A DNA stretch of 51,950 nucleotides. Source: Oceanipulchritudo sp. (lineage in GTDB: Bacteria > Verrucomicrobiota > Verrucomicrobiia > Opitutales > Oceanipulchritudinaceae). Positions within the stretch are counted from its first letter, which is position 1, and each line of letters begins with the position of its first letter. The notes beneath the pieces were generated by a model. It was given only the letters and a program-made list of their open reading frames with translations, was not told where the DNA came from and ran no database searches. Both the position numbers and the translations under genes were made by a program. Of the stretch, positions 41,010 through 50,631 are shown one piece after another. The stretch spans positions 1 through 51,950 of the forward strand of contig JBFJWZ010000001.1 in NCBI GenBank assembly GCA_041623435.1. The letters are read 5' to 3'.

Positions 41010-41133
41010 GGTTTTCTGCCCGAAAAGGGGCTGTTTGCAAGCGAGTTTCTCAAATTAGCACGATTTTTGCTTCAATCCGTGAAAAGGGGTACAAAAATTT
41101 GACATTCGTCAGGTTTTTAGACCCATTCAGCCT

Positions 41134-41451
41134 ATGATACGGTTGACAGAACGAGCGATCAAGGCGGTCCAGGCACTGGCTGAGGAAAAGGCGGAAGAAG
41201 GGCAGATGTTACGCTTGTCGGTAAAGGCGGGCGGCTGTTCCGGCATGGAATACGCGATGGAATTTACTTTCCCGGAGGAGAGCGATGATCGATGTGAGCA
41301 GGATGGCTTGAGCTATCTGGTTGACCGCAAAAGCCTGGCATTGCTCGAGGGCTCTGAAGTGGACTTTGATGACGGGCTATCCGGGAAGGGCTTCGAGATC
41401 CGTAATCCCAACGCCGAGTCCACCTGCGGATGCGGCCGTTCGTTTGCCTGA
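41134..41451 (+). CDS. A-type Fe-S cluster carrier (IscA/ErpA/HesB family)
   Basis: GGCSG and NPNA..TCGCG.SF motifs. Confidence 0.92.
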   Translation: MIRLTERAIKAVQALAEEKAEEGQMLRLSVKAGGCSGMEYAMEFTFPEESDDRCEQDGLSYLVDRKSLALLEGSEVDFDDGLSGKGFEIRNPNAESTCGCGRSFA

Positions 41452-41488
41452 CGACTCGCCTCTTCCTTTACCTTGTTGAGGCGATTGC

Positions 41489-42373
41489 ATGAATCAGCCA
41501 TCATTAGTATGTATTGCGGGGCCTACTGCATCGGGCAAAACCCAGCTCGCCCTGGATCAGGCGCAGGCAACTGATGCCGTGATCCTGAGTTGTGACAGCC
41601 TCTGCTTTTACCGGGGGATGGACATCGGGACTGCAAAACCAACCCCGGAGGAGCAGGCCATCGTTCCTCATTATGGGATCGACCTGGTGGAGCCGCCGGA
41701 GCCGTATTCGGTGAGTCGCTACGTGGCATACCGGGATCGGATCCTCGATAAGTTTCTTAAGGAAGGCCGCAATGTGGTCGTTGTGGGGGGGAGCGGCTTT
41801 TACCTGAAGAGCTTCCTGTATCCCGTTACGGATAACCTGGAAATCCCTGACGAGATCAAGATCCGGGTGGAAGCGTTAAAGGCTGCCAAAGGGCTGGATG
41901 GCTTGCTCTGTGAACTGAAGCATGTAAATGCGCAACAAGAGCCGTTCCAGGGGCTCGACCTGAACAACTCACGAAGGGTGGAGAAAGCGCTTCTGCGCTG
42001 CCTTGCCTCGGGCAAGGGCTACAAGGAACTACGGGTTGAATTCGATGCAATTCCGGAACCGCTGACTGGGTGGAGGAAGGAAGTCTGGTTGATCGATCGC
42101 CCTCAAGAGGAGTTGCAGGAACGGAATCGTACACGGGTTCACCGCATGCTGGAAGCTGGCCTGATCGCTGAGGTGCAGTCGTTGCGGGCGATTGGCTTTG
42201 AAAAGAATCCCAGTGCCTGCGGGGCGATTGGCTACCGCGAAGTTCTGCAGTACCTGGATGGCAGGCTACCGATGGATGAGCTGGAAGAGGCGATTTATAT
42301 CCATACCAACCAGCTGATGCGAAAGCAGCGAACCTGGTTCAAAAACCAGATACGGATCGATAAGGTGGTCTAG
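41489..42373 (+). CDS. miaA: tRNA dimethylallyltransferase
   Basis: GPTASGKT, DS..FYRGMDIGTAKP, VGGSGFY, AIGYRE, RKQRTWF. Confidence 0.94.
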   Translation: MNQPSLVCIAGPTASGKTQLALDQAQATDAVILSCDSLCFYRGMDIGTAKPTPEEQAIVPHYGIDLVEPPEPYSVSRYVAYRDRILDKFLKEGRNVVVVGGSGFYLKSFLYPVTDNLEIPDEIKIRVEALKAAKGLDGLLCELKHVNAQQEPFQGLDLNNSRRVEKALLRCLASGKGYKELRVEFDAIPEPLTGWRKEVWLIDRPQEELQERNRTRVHRMLEAGLIAEVQSLRAIGFEKNPSACGAIGYREVLQYLDGRLPMDELEEAIYIHTNQLMRKQRTWFKNQIRIDKVV

Positions 42374-42448
42374 TGGTTAGGTGGGTTTTGTGGTCTAGTG
42401 GTTTTGTGGTTTAACCAGTAGACTACCAAACCAATTAACTACCAAACC
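42365..42448. repeat. Imperfect palindrome of 8-bp tandem repeats between convergent miaA and the ppiD-like gene
   Basis: gtggtcta-gtggttag-gtgggtttt-gtggtcta-gtggtttt-gtggttt followed by aaccagta-gactacca-aaccaatt-aactacca-aacc. Confidence 0.7.
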
Positions 42449-44115
42449 TATTCACTCAGCGGGCTTGTTCCGAGGACGGAAGCGAGCCCTTTGTCGGTGA
42501 CTTCCCTGAGGCGGTAGAGGCCAAGGGAGGATTGAAGGAAGTTGCTGCGCTGCTGCAGAAAGGTCTGGTAGTCCACAGCATTTGGATCGAGCTCAGGGAC
42601 AGACTTGTCGGATACATAGGCGAATACACCCGTGTCCCCCTCGATGACCATCCTGCTGACTTCACCCTTGCTGAGGAAGCGAGCCTGATCCCAAACGGTG
42701 GAGCCACGCAGGTCCTCAGGGAGTTCTGCTCCGGTAAAGGTACCAAGGTCGTTGGTCTTGAGGGAAAGGGAACCTGCAATGTCGGCAAAGGCTTCGCTGG
42801 AAAGACGCGATTCGATCGTCGCTGTGAGTTCAGTGCCCTTTTCAGAAAAGAGGCGACGTTTCTCGGATTGGGCGAAGTCGGCAGCTACGACGCTCTTGAC
42901 TTCTTCGAACTCCGGCATGCGGGCTTTTGTGACATTGTTCATTACCAGAACGACTGCGCCTTCAGCAATAGGTGCAACATCCGAGAAGTAACGTTTCTGG
43001 TTTGTGGAGTAGACCCACATGGAATCGAATAACTGCACCGGGGCATCCTGAATGCGCGGGCTGTTGCCTCTGGCATATGCGGGAAGAGGCTTTATGGTCG
43101 CCTTGAAGTCCTCTATGAGGGCCTTGTATTTAGCGGAATCCATGGCGATGTTCTCCTGGTAGAGACGTACGCTGAACTGTTCACCCTTACGGGCAGCGAT
43201 CGCGCTTGCCTGGGCTTGGGTCCATTCATTAACCACCTGCTCACGCACATCCTCAAGGGTCAGTTCGGGAAGCTCTGTTGACTCATCCGCAGGCTTTTCA
43301 CGGGCGGCTTCATACCGGGCGCGGTTGGTGGCAAAGTAAGTTGTCAGGTCGGCTTCGGTGGGAGAAGCGACTTCCGACATGTAGGATGCGGCAAGGAACT
43401 TGACCGCGCTCACGGAAATGGTTTCGCCGATTTCATAGCGGGCCGGATTCTGATTGAAGAACTGCAGCAACTGTTCCTCCTGGGGGGCAATTTCCGGATT
43501 GAAGTCAGCGTATTCAAAGCTGGCCAGGGTGACGGTGTAAGAAGTCTGGCCATCAAGATACTCCTTTTGGATTTCAAAGGGGAGGGAGTAATCGGGACCA
43601 CCCAGAATGGCGATGACTTCGTCAATACGGTAATCTTCCCGGAGTACCTTGCCGATTACCTCTTGCTCGTAACGGCCGCTTGTTTTCAGGGAATCCATGA
43701 TCCGGTTATAGGATTCCGCGGAGAATTCCCCGCTAGTCGGGTCCATGAAGATCATCAGGCCTTCAACATACTCGGCAAGTGCCTCCTTTGATGGGTTGGG
43801 GATGCCTAGCTGGTCCGCAATACCGAGACCTGCGACCCGCATGTAGCCATAATCGAGCAATTGTTGGCGGCCAATACGCATTTCCGGATGGAAAATGGCG
43901 CTGACTTCGGCGGTGTAGGCGATTTCGCGCTGATCGGCTTCGGAGCCGAGGTCACGGCCGAAGAAGTTGAAAGCCCTGCGCTGGCCGTTGCCGCCGCTGC
44001 CGAAGAAACTCTGGGGGCCGATCGTAAGCACAAAAGTGACGATAATGACAACGAGAAGGCTACCGAAGAGCCATTTGTTGTGCTTCAAGAAGAAATTCTG
44101 TATGGAGGTAATCAT
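42448..44115 (-). CDS. PpiD/SurA-N-domain membrane-anchored periplasmic chaperone
   Basis: MI..IQ..F.K..KW.F..LLVVIIVTFV N-anchor typical of PpiD; EEQLLQFFNQN..RY and P.FEEVK..V..D motifs. Confidence 0.7.
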   Translation of the reverse strand: MITSIQNFFLKHNKWLFGSLLVVIIVTFVLTIGPQSFFGSGGNGQRRAFNFFGRDLGSEADQREIAYTAEVSAIFHPEMRIGRQQLLDYGYMRVAGLGIADQLGIPNPSKEALAEYVEGLMIFMDPTSGEFSAESYNRIMDSLKTSGRYEQEVIGKVLREDYRIDEVIAILGGPDYSLPFEIQKEYLDGQTSYTVTLASFEYADFNPEIAPQEEQLLQFFNQNPARYEIGETISVSAVKFLAASYMSEVASPTEADLTTYFATNRARYEAAREKPADESTELPELTLEDVREQVVNEWTQAQASAIAARKGEQFSVRLYQENIAMDSAKYKALIEDFKATIKPLPAYARGNSPRIQDAPVQLFDSMWVYSTNQKRYFSDVAPIAEGAVVLVMNNVTKARMPEFEEVKSVVAADFAQSEKRRLFSEKGTELTATIESRLSSEAFADIAGSLSLKTNDLGTFTGAELPEDLRGSTVWDQARFLSKGEVSRMVIEGDTGVFAYVSDKSVPELDPNAVDYQTFLQQRSNFLQSSLGLYRLREVTDKGLASVLGTSPLSE

Positions 44116-44139
44116 TAAACTGTAAGATTAAAGCGGGCG

Positions 44140-44167
44140 ATGCTAGAACCCCAGCCCCACCTGTCAA
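44140..44167 (-). promoter_or_regulatory. Putative promoter (TTGACA-N16-TAGCAT) of the ppiD-like gene
   Basis: Perfect -35 at 44167-44162, -10 at 44145-44140. Confidence 0.55.
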
Positions 44168-44181
44168 GGTTGTGACACGCC

Positions 44182-45660
44182 CTATTCTTCCTTGTTTAAC
44201 AACTCCCTCAGGCTGGTCTGGCAAAAGCTGTCCTTTTCATGCCAGCGAAGTACTTCATTGTATTGATCGAGGATGGGGTCTGTCCTGAGCACATTGGGAA
44301 GCATACTGGTCTGCCCGGCCTCCTTAAGGGCGGTCTTGAAGCGCGAAAGATTGTAGTAATCAAGCGGCTTGGCAGGGCGGTAGCCGACTTCATCCAGTTC
44401 ATCCCGACGGTCATCCAGGTTGATGCGTGTAATCCAGCCCAGCTCTTCAAGCAGCTCCAGACTCTCATTCAGGATATTACCGGGTACATGCAGGAATTCG
44501 CTGAGGCTGTTCATGGTCGGTGCCCGTTCACAATCATTGAAACGGCGGGCGATACGCAGGAAAATCGACAGGGCCACTACTTCCCGCACGACCGGGCTGA
44601 CCCGTTGCCAGCCTTTCTGGTTGCCCAGGTAGGAGACATTCTGGACCGCGTAAGTAACTTGTCCACCGAACAGGATCAGGATCCAGAAAAAATACAGGCC
44701 GATCATCATTACGGGGATTATCCCCACCGAACCGTAGAGACTCTGGATGGAAATGACCCTGTGCACATAAAGGATACTGAGGTAATTGTTCAGGAAAAGG
44801 AGGAGCGCCGTGATCAGGCTGCCGATCAGCGCCGGCTTCAAATTCACACTTGTATGCGGGAAAAATCGATAAAAGAGGGTGAGCAGCAGGACCAGCATGC
44901 CAAAGGAGATGAGGGGAGAGAAATACAGGATGAAGCCAGCCATTTCCTTTCCAAGCGGGAACCACTCGAACATTCCGACGATGTTGGAGGCGGAAAACAG
45001 GGCAGTTGAACCAAGCCCAAGGAGGGCGCCGAGGCTGATAAAGGTCCAATAGAATACAATTCGCTGGCTCCAGGGACGTCCCTGGTTCACGCCCCATATC
45101 TGATTGAGCGTGGTCTCGACCGATGTCAGAAGCTGGATTATGACCCAGATCAGGATTGATGAGCCAATAAGACCGAAAGTCTTTGAACCACCGGTGTTTA
45201 TTTTGCCAACCAGGGATTCAGCACCATCCACGATCTGGGAAATAAGGGAATCCAGGGCGGTGGCCATCTCCGGATTTTCAGCCAGTTCAGCCTCCGTTGT
45301 CACCATTTCCTGCACAGAAGGGGCGATGAAAAGCAGAGCGCGCTTTATCTGGAATTCTGCATCGGTCTGGATGAAGGAACTGGAAAGGACGACAATAACG
45401 GCAATCAAGGGACCAAGGGCAATTAGTGAGGAGTAGCTGAGGGCGGCGGCCTTTGTGAAGAGCCTGTTTGCTGCAAGGCCTTTGATGGAAATCGAAAGGA
45501 TTCTCAAGAAGGCGAACCATTGCCCCTTGACCGTGCGATCTTCGCCGACACTGAAATCCCAGATGTCCTTTTCCAGGAATTGGACAACTCCGTTTAACCG
45601 TTGCATGCCAGCCCAGGATGGGCTGGATTTCTTAGAATTTTCTTTTTTCTGAGTGGCCAT
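44182..45660 (-). CDS. YihY/BrkB-family inner membrane protein with C-terminal winged-helix-like domain (ORF extends to 45744; ATG at 45660 preferred)
   Basis: AAALSYSSL.ALGP, E.TLNQIWGV, LYRFFP, SLYGSVG.IP. Confidence 0.85.
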   Translation of the reverse strand: MATQKKENSKKSSPSWAGMQRLNGVVQFLEKDIWDFSVGEDRTVKGQWFAFLRILSISIKGLAANRLFTKAAALSYSSLIALGPLIAVIVVLSSSFIQTDAEFQIKRALLFIAPSVQEMVTTEAELAENPEMATALDSLISQIVDGAESLVGKINTGGSKTFGLIGSSILIWVIIQLLTSVETTLNQIWGVNQGRPWSQRIVFYWTFISLGALLGLGSTALFSASNIVGMFEWFPLGKEMAGFILYFSPLISFGMLVLLLTLFYRFFPHTSVNLKPALIGSLITALLLFLNNYLSILYVHRVISIQSLYGSVGIIPVMMIGLYFFWILILFGGQVTYAVQNVSYLGNQKGWQRVSPVVREVVALSIFLRIARRFNDCERAPTMNSLSEFLHVPGNILNESLELLEELGWITRINLDDRRDELDEVGYRPAKPLDYYNLSRFKTALKEAGQTSMLPNVLRTDPILDQYNEVLRWHEKDSFCQTSLRELLNKEE

Positions 45661-45676
45661 GTCCGGCAACCGCCGA

Positions 45677-46492
45677 TCAGGAGCCGCTTCCTGCCAACAG
45701 CGGGACCAGGTTTGTGAACCAGGCGATGCCGAGGCAACCGGCAATGCCCACAGCGCCCGCCAACACCATGAGGGTGAAATTCAAAGTCAGGGTACAGACG
45801 TAGAGGCCTAAGCCGAAAGCCAGGCTGGCAAGTGCCATCCAGAAACCTGCAGGATCTCCATTTATGTAATGCGCAGCATAGATTATGAAGAAGAAGCCGG
45901 CTCCAACCATGGCTCGGAACCGAATCAAGGGGAAGATCTCGGTGGCATTCAGGAGAAGGAAAGCTCCCATGATCAGGTCCAGTGCCCCGAGCACGACAAT
46001 TGGCTTCTGGAAGAGGAGCCCGTAGGCCCCTTCTTCCTCGTCAATAATGGCTGTGATGATATTCCAGCTTGGATAGAGGACAGAAAGGGCAGAGATAAGT
46101 AGCATGAGGCCCAGGATCGGGACCGCCAGTGATGCGGCTCGTTCCATCCAGAGTACTCGCTGGCGAACGTGCTTGGTTTCAGAAGTATGTCCCTCTGCGG
46201 CAGCAAGCATTTCTTCCACCTTGACAGACTCGCCTTCGTGGTCTGGCTCGTTCAGGGACTCAATCTCGGAGGTTTCCTTTTTGCGCAGTGTCAGCTTTTG
46301 CTTTTCCGGAAAAACCTTATCCTTTAATGGCTCATTTGAGCTGATAACAGCCCAGCTTTCCATCCTTGGATCAAAGTAGTAGTAATCCGGAGTCAGCTTG
46401 CCCGCCTCAGCCAGGGTAAGCAATTCATCTATTCCGTAAGGCCCCCTTGCGGTTTCCTCCTCGGGTCCACGTATAAAATATTCCTCTGCCAT
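45677..46492 (-). CDS. GYF_2 (DUF4339)-like domain membrane protein
   Basis: YFI......RGPY..DEL..L...GKL......F...ME.W N-terminal pattern plus about five TM helices. Confidence 0.7.
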   Translation of the reverse strand: MAEEYFIRGPEEETARGPYGIDELLTLAEAGKLTPDYYYFDPRMESWAVISSNEPLKDKVFPEKQKLTLRKKETSEIESLNEPDHEGESVKVEEMLAAAEGHTSETKHVRQRVLWMERAASLAVPILGLMLLISALSVLYPSWNIITAIIDEEEGAYGLLFQKPIVVLGALDLIMGAFLLLNATEIFPLIRFRAMVGAGFFFIIYAAHYINGDPAGFWMALASLAFGLGLYVCTLTLNFTLMVLAGAVGIAGCLGIAWFTNLVPLLAGSGS

Positions 46493-46553
46493 GCCGGTTC
46501 TGCAATCTTGGTTAAATCACTTGCATCAGCAAGTAAATTTGGAGTCTGGCTGA

Positions 46554-47255
46554 TTAACTTGTTCGGTTCCAATCCTTAACAAAGCTTCTTTCGAGGATTT
46601 CACAGTTTTTTACCGTTCTCCTGAGCCAGGAGCGGTAAATTTGCCGTTTCTCGGACTTGCTGAGTCCGGGATCCATACCAGAATGGTCCAAGCGATTGCG
46701 TACTTCATACAGGCAAATGGCCGCGCTGACCGAAATATTGAAGCTCTGGGTAAAGCCAAGCATCGGAATATGTACATGGGCATCTGCCTGCTGAAGGACC
46801 TGTTCACTCAACCCGAGCTCTTCCGTGCCGAACCAGATGGAGGCCTTTTCCTCCAGTGGGAGTTCGGACAAGGGAACCGAGGATGGATCGAGGCTGGTGG
46901 CAACAATCCGGAATCCGGATTTGCGCAGATGCTTGAGACAAGCGTCAGTATTGTCTGTATCTGGAGCACGATGACGATGCAGGTTGATCCAGTTGGAAGC
47001 ACCCATTGCCACCTCCGGATTCAACGTGAAGGAATTCGTATTCTCGATTACGTGCAGGTTCTGTATGCCGAAGCACTCGCAGGAGCGCATGACTGCACTG
47101 GCATTGTGAGGCTGGAAAATGTTCTCCAGGACGACGCGAACATGGTTCGTGCGATGCTCAATCACCTGTTCCATACGCGCCTGACGATCAGGCGTTACGA
47201 ACTGCAGCAGATGCTCAATAAGGGCATCCTCGGTACTTGGATTCAGCTTTTCCAA
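46554..47255 (-). CDS. trmH: SpoU/TrmH family tRNA 2'-O-methyltransferase
   Basis: VLENIFQPHNASAVMRSCE, FGTEELGLS, IPMLGFTQSFNISV. Confidence 0.85.
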   Translation of the reverse strand: MEKLNPSTEDALIEHLLQFVTPDRQARMEQVIEHRTNHVRVVLENIFQPHNASAVMRSCECFGIQNLHVIENTNSFTLNPEVAMGASNWINLHRHRAPDTDNTDACLKHLRKSGFRIVATSLDPSSVPLSELPLEEKASIWFGTEELGLSEQVLQQADAHVHIPMLGFTQSFNISVSAAICLYEVRNRLDHSGMDPGLSKSEKRQIYRSWLRRTVKNCEILERSFVKDWNRTS

Positions 47256-47258
47256 TGA

Positions 47259-48536
47259 TCAGTAAGGGAGCGGATTCGCCTCGCACAACTCGAGGGCAAC
47301 CTGCTTCGCAGACTCAATTGCCTGGTCATCATCAATATTGCCGAGGACCGTATCGATCGCCTTGGCGATCTTTACGAAATCCTCTTCCAGCATGCCCCGG
47401 CTGGTACAGGCCGGTGTCCCGATCCGGAGACCACTGGTCTGGAACGGGCTGCGGGTTTCCCCGGGAACGGTATTGCGATTGGTTGTGATGTGGGCCTTAT
47501 CCAAGGCGATCTGGGCCACCTTTCCAGTCAAGTCCGGGTGGCTCTTACGGAGATCCATCAGCATGAGGTGATTATCCGTACCACCACTGCTGAGCTTGTA
47601 GCCCATTGACGTAAAAGCATCTGCCATCGCGACAGCGTTCTTGCGTACTTGCTGCTGGTAAACCTTGAAATCCGGCTTCATGGCTTCCTTAAAGCAGAGG
47701 GCCTTTGCCGCGATGACATGCATCAAGGGACCACCTTGTCCCCCCGGGAAGATGGCCGAGTTCAGCTTCTTGGTGTATTCCTCCTTGGCGAGGATCAGGC
47801 CGCCACGCGGACCCCGCAGCGTCTTGTGTGTGGTTGTAGTGACAAAATCACAAAAGGGTACCGGGCTCGGATGCTCGCCTGCAGCCACGAGTCCGGCGAT
47901 ATGGGCGATGTCGGCGAGAATGTAGGCACCAACGTCCTTTGCGATCCCCGCCATGCGCTCGAAGTCGATGATACGCGGGTAAGCAGAGGCTCCCACAGTG
48001 ATCATCTTCGGCTTCTCTGCATGTGCCTGAGCTTCAAGCGCATCATAGTCAATACGCCCGCTCTCGGGATCTACACCGTAGTGAACTACTGAATACAGTT
48101 TTCCGGAGAAGTTAACTGCACTTCCGTGGGTCAAGTGCCCGCCATCGGAAAGGTTCATGGTGAGGATTTTGTCGCCCGGTTGCAGGACGGCGGTGTACAC
48201 CCCGAAGTTCGCCTGGCTTCCTGCATGCGGCTGTACATTCGCGTATTCCGCCCCGAACAACTCCTTGGCGCGATCAATGGCAAACTGTTCCGCCACATCA
48301 ACACAATCACAGCCGCCATAGTAGCGCTTGCCCGGATAACCCTCGGCATACTTGTTAGTGAGGACACTGCCGTTCAGCTCCATCACTGCCGGCAGGGTGA
48401 AATTTTCGGAAGCAATCAACTCGATATGGTTCTGTTGTCGCTGGCGTTCGCCTTCGATTGCGGCGTAAAGCTCCGGATCCAGCTCCTTGGCGCTGGCGGC
48501 ATTCAAAGTTACGGGTGTGCTTGGATTTGTGCTCAT
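47259..48536 (-). CDS. glyA: Serine hydroxymethyltransferase
   Basis: [43 protein letters not shown]. Confidence 0.97.
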   Translation of the reverse strand: MSTNPSTPVTLNAASAKELDPELYAAIEGERQRQQNHIELIASENFTLPAVMELNGSVLTNKYAEGYPGKRYYGGCDCVDVAEQFAIDRAKELFGAEYANVQPHAGSQANFGVYTAVLQPGDKILTMNLSDGGHLTHGSAVNFSGKLYSVVHYGVDPESGRIDYDALEAQAHAEKPKMITVGASAYPRIIDFERMAGIAKDVGAYILADIAHIAGLVAAGEHPSPVPFCDFVTTTTHKTLRGPRGGLILAKEEYTKKLNSAIFPGGQGGPLMHVIAAKALCFKEAMKPDFKVYQQQVRKNAVAMADAFTSMGYKLSSGGTDNHLMLMDLRKSHPDLTGKVAQIALDKAHITTNRNTVPGETRSPFQTSGLRIGTPACTSRGMLEEDFVKIAKAIDTVLGNIDDDQAIESAKQVALELCEANPLPY

Positions 48537-48567
48537 TTTACGGATTCTAGTCGGTTACTCGCTAAAG

Positions 48568-49017
48568 TTAACAGCAGGAGAGATTCTCCCATTCGGAGAA
48601 TTTATCCACCCGGCGACCATGCCGGCCTCCTTCAAAAGGGCTATCCATGAAAACCTCTACCAGTTTGACGGCCTCTTCCGGTGTTGTGTGGAGGGCCCCG
48701 AAACAGATGACATTGGCGTTGTTGTGGCGGCGAGTCAGGGAAGCCTCGTCTTCATGGTGAACAAGGGCGGCCCGGATCCCCTTTACCTTGTTGGCGGCAA
48801 TGCTCATCCCGATACCGGTGGTACAACAAAGGACACCCAGATCGGACTTTCCGGAGACAATATCTTCAGTCACCGCTTTGGCAAAGTCCGGATAGTCAAC
48901 CGACTTGTCGGAATCAGTGCCGTGGTCGGTAAGTGAGTGCCCCTTGGATTCCAGGTGCTGGATCAGCGCCGCTCTCAGGCTCAGGGCTCCGTGGTCGAAT
49001 CCAATACTGATTTTCAT
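48568..49017 (-). CDS. rpiB: Ribose-5-phosphate isomerase B
   Basis: GFDHG, VDYPD, CTTGIGMSIAANK, RHNNANV, FEGGRH.RRV. Confidence 0.93.
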   Translation of the reverse strand: MKISIGFDHGALSLRAALIQHLESKGHSLTDHGTDSDKSVDYPDFAKAVTEDIVSGKSDLGVLCCTTGIGMSIAANKVKGIRAALVHHEDEASLTRRHNNANVICFGALHTTPEEAVKLVEVFMDSPFEGGRHGRRVDKFSEWENLSCC

Positions 49018-49517
49018 GTCTCTAGCTGGCTCTTCAGGTAATTGATGATGGAGGGAATGGCTTCAGCAAGACTGTCCCTGGTGTCCTTGTAAAGCTCAAG
49101 GGATCCACAAAATGGATCCGGTACCTCTCTGGGTCCGGATTCGATCCATTCGCGAAAGCGGAATACCGGAACGTCTGAATCCGGATGCTGCTGCTGAATG
49201 ATATCCACGTGGCTCTGGGTCATCGTTAGAATCAAGTCGGAAACTTCCAGAAGCTGGTCGGACAGCGGCTGGCTGCGGTGGTCAGACAGGTCCAGATTGA
49301 CTGCCTTTAGCGCCGTTACCGCGTTGCGGGATGCGGGATCCCCCGGGAAAGCGGAGACGCCGGCGGAAATCACCCTGATGTCCTTCAGTGTACCGTTTTC
49401 GGCATTGAGTGCATGCTGCAGGAGACGTTCAGCCATCGGGCTTCGGCAGACATTGCCCGTACATACAACCGTTATGACCTGTTTACCGCCTTCCATAAGA
49501 TCTTCCAAGAGAGGCAC
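49014..49517 (-). CDS. Low-molecular-weight protein phosphatase (YwlE/PtpA family)
   Basis: P-loop VCTGNVCRSPMAE, SAGV, VPDPF; overlaps rpiB by 4 nt. Confidence 0.9.
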   Translation of the reverse strand: MPLLEDLMEGGKQVITVVCTGNVCRSPMAERLLQHALNAENGTLKDIRVISAGVSAFPGDPASRNAVTALKAVNLDLSDHRSQPLSDQLLEVSDLILTMTQSHVDIIQQQHPDSDVPVFRFREWIESGPREVPDPFCGSLELYKDTRDSLAEAIPSIINYLKSQLET

Positions 49518-49572
49518 CCAAAGAAGGTCGGTCTGTTGGAGTTGTCAAGCGTTGGCAGCTATGAGAAACAGG

Positions 49573-50136
49573 CTAAATCTTCGTCTCGTCCGCGTATGAG
49601 CGATCGTCGTCTGATGTATCCGGAGCATCCAGATTGAGATAACTTGCTGGAATCTCTGGTTCCTCCTGAAGGACTTGCTTCGGTGTTGCCACCGGGTCTC
49701 CAACGATTTTCGTCACACGAATGTGGATCGGCTCCACTGTTTCCATACCAAACTGTTCGTACAGGGTAGCCCGGATACAGCCTTTGATCTCGGACTCAAT
49801 CTCCCTGAGTTTTGAGTTTGAACGAACATGAATGGCGACTTTCACCCCGACTCCACGACCGCGGATGAAATGCCGGCAGCTAGCCCGCTCAACACCTTCA
49901 ATGCTGTTCGCTGCATGCTGCATGACCCCGCGCAAAGTGCTGGGAGCGATTTCGATGCTACCCCCCTGGGTCTTGTAAGGAATGATTCCCTGGTTTGCCC
50001 GCTTATACCGGTAGTACAGCCACAGGATTATCAGGACTACTGCCCCGATTGTAACCGGGTAGAGGAAAACAGGATCCAGCAGATGCTGGAACAATTCAAC
50101 CAGGTATTTGTAGGATTGGGAAATATATTCCATCAT
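49573..50136 (-). CDS. AmaP-like membrane anchor with Asp23-like soluble domain
   Basis: Single N-terminal TM, G.IEI....L....  pattern and C-terminal IHIRVTKI strand; directly downstream of the Asp23 gene. Confidence 0.6.
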   Translation of the reverse strand: MMEYISQSYKYLVELFQHLLDPVFLYPVTIGAVVLIILWLYYRYKRANQGIIPYKTQGGSIEIAPSTLRGVMQHAANSIEGVERASCRHFIRGRGVGVKVAIHVRSNSKLREIESEIKGCIRATLYEQFGMETVEPIHIRVTKIVGDPVATPKQVLQEEPEIPASYLNLDAPDTSDDDRSYADETKI

Positions 50137-50169
50137 GGGTATCTGCTACGGTTTGAAGCGGTTTAACTG

Positions 50170-50592
50170 TTAATCCTCCACAACTTCTTCTGGAGCGTCT
50201 TCGCGCAGGATGCCGTCGACAAAGACATTGACCTTGGTGACATCCTTGTTGGTCATGTTTTCAACCCGGTCACGGATGGCGAGCTGCACGCTCTGGGCAA
50301 CCTTGGCAAGCTGGACTCCAAACGCGAGGATCAGCTTGACGCTGATATGGTAGGATCCATCTGCTTCCTCTTTTATGGAAACAGAGGAACTGCTGTCCTT
50401 TCGCCCCCCGAAGAGGCCGGCGATGTCACTCTTGAATCCACCGCTGGCAAGGGAAACCACACCGGGCACTTCCTTTGCTGCAATGGCTACAATCTCGGCA
50501 ACTACTTCCAGATTGATACTGATGTTACCCATTCCGGAATCTTCCTGGATGTGCTCAATCGTTTCGATGGTCTCGGCTTCTTTCTCTTCCAT
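50170..50592 (-). CDS. Asp23/Gls24 family (YqhY-like) protein
   Basis: GNISINLEVVAEIVAIAAKEVPGV, VENMT...V..VNVFVDGI. Confidence 0.9.
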   Translation of the reverse strand: MEEKEAETIETIEHIQEDSGMGNISINLEVVAEIVAIAAKEVPGVVSLASGGFKSDIAGLFGGRKDSSSSVSIKEEADGSYHISVKLILAFGVQLAKVAQSVQLAIRDRVENMTNKDVTKVNVFVDGILREDAPEEVVED

Positions 50593-50631
50593 GGCTTTAA
50601 GCGGTTTTAAGATATTAAATGGATACTAAGC

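Noticed and set aside
44162-44177. TGTCA-N6-TGACA palindrome as a CRP/FNR site
   Set aside because: Does not match TGTGA-N6-TCACA or TTGAT-N4-ATCAA; one arm is explained by the -35 box, and 5-bp arms can arise by chance
47259-49017. rpiB-glyA as a read-through or frameshifted fusion
   Set aside because: rpiB ends in TAA and the 31-nt gap puts glyA in another frame with its own ATG; no slippery site seen
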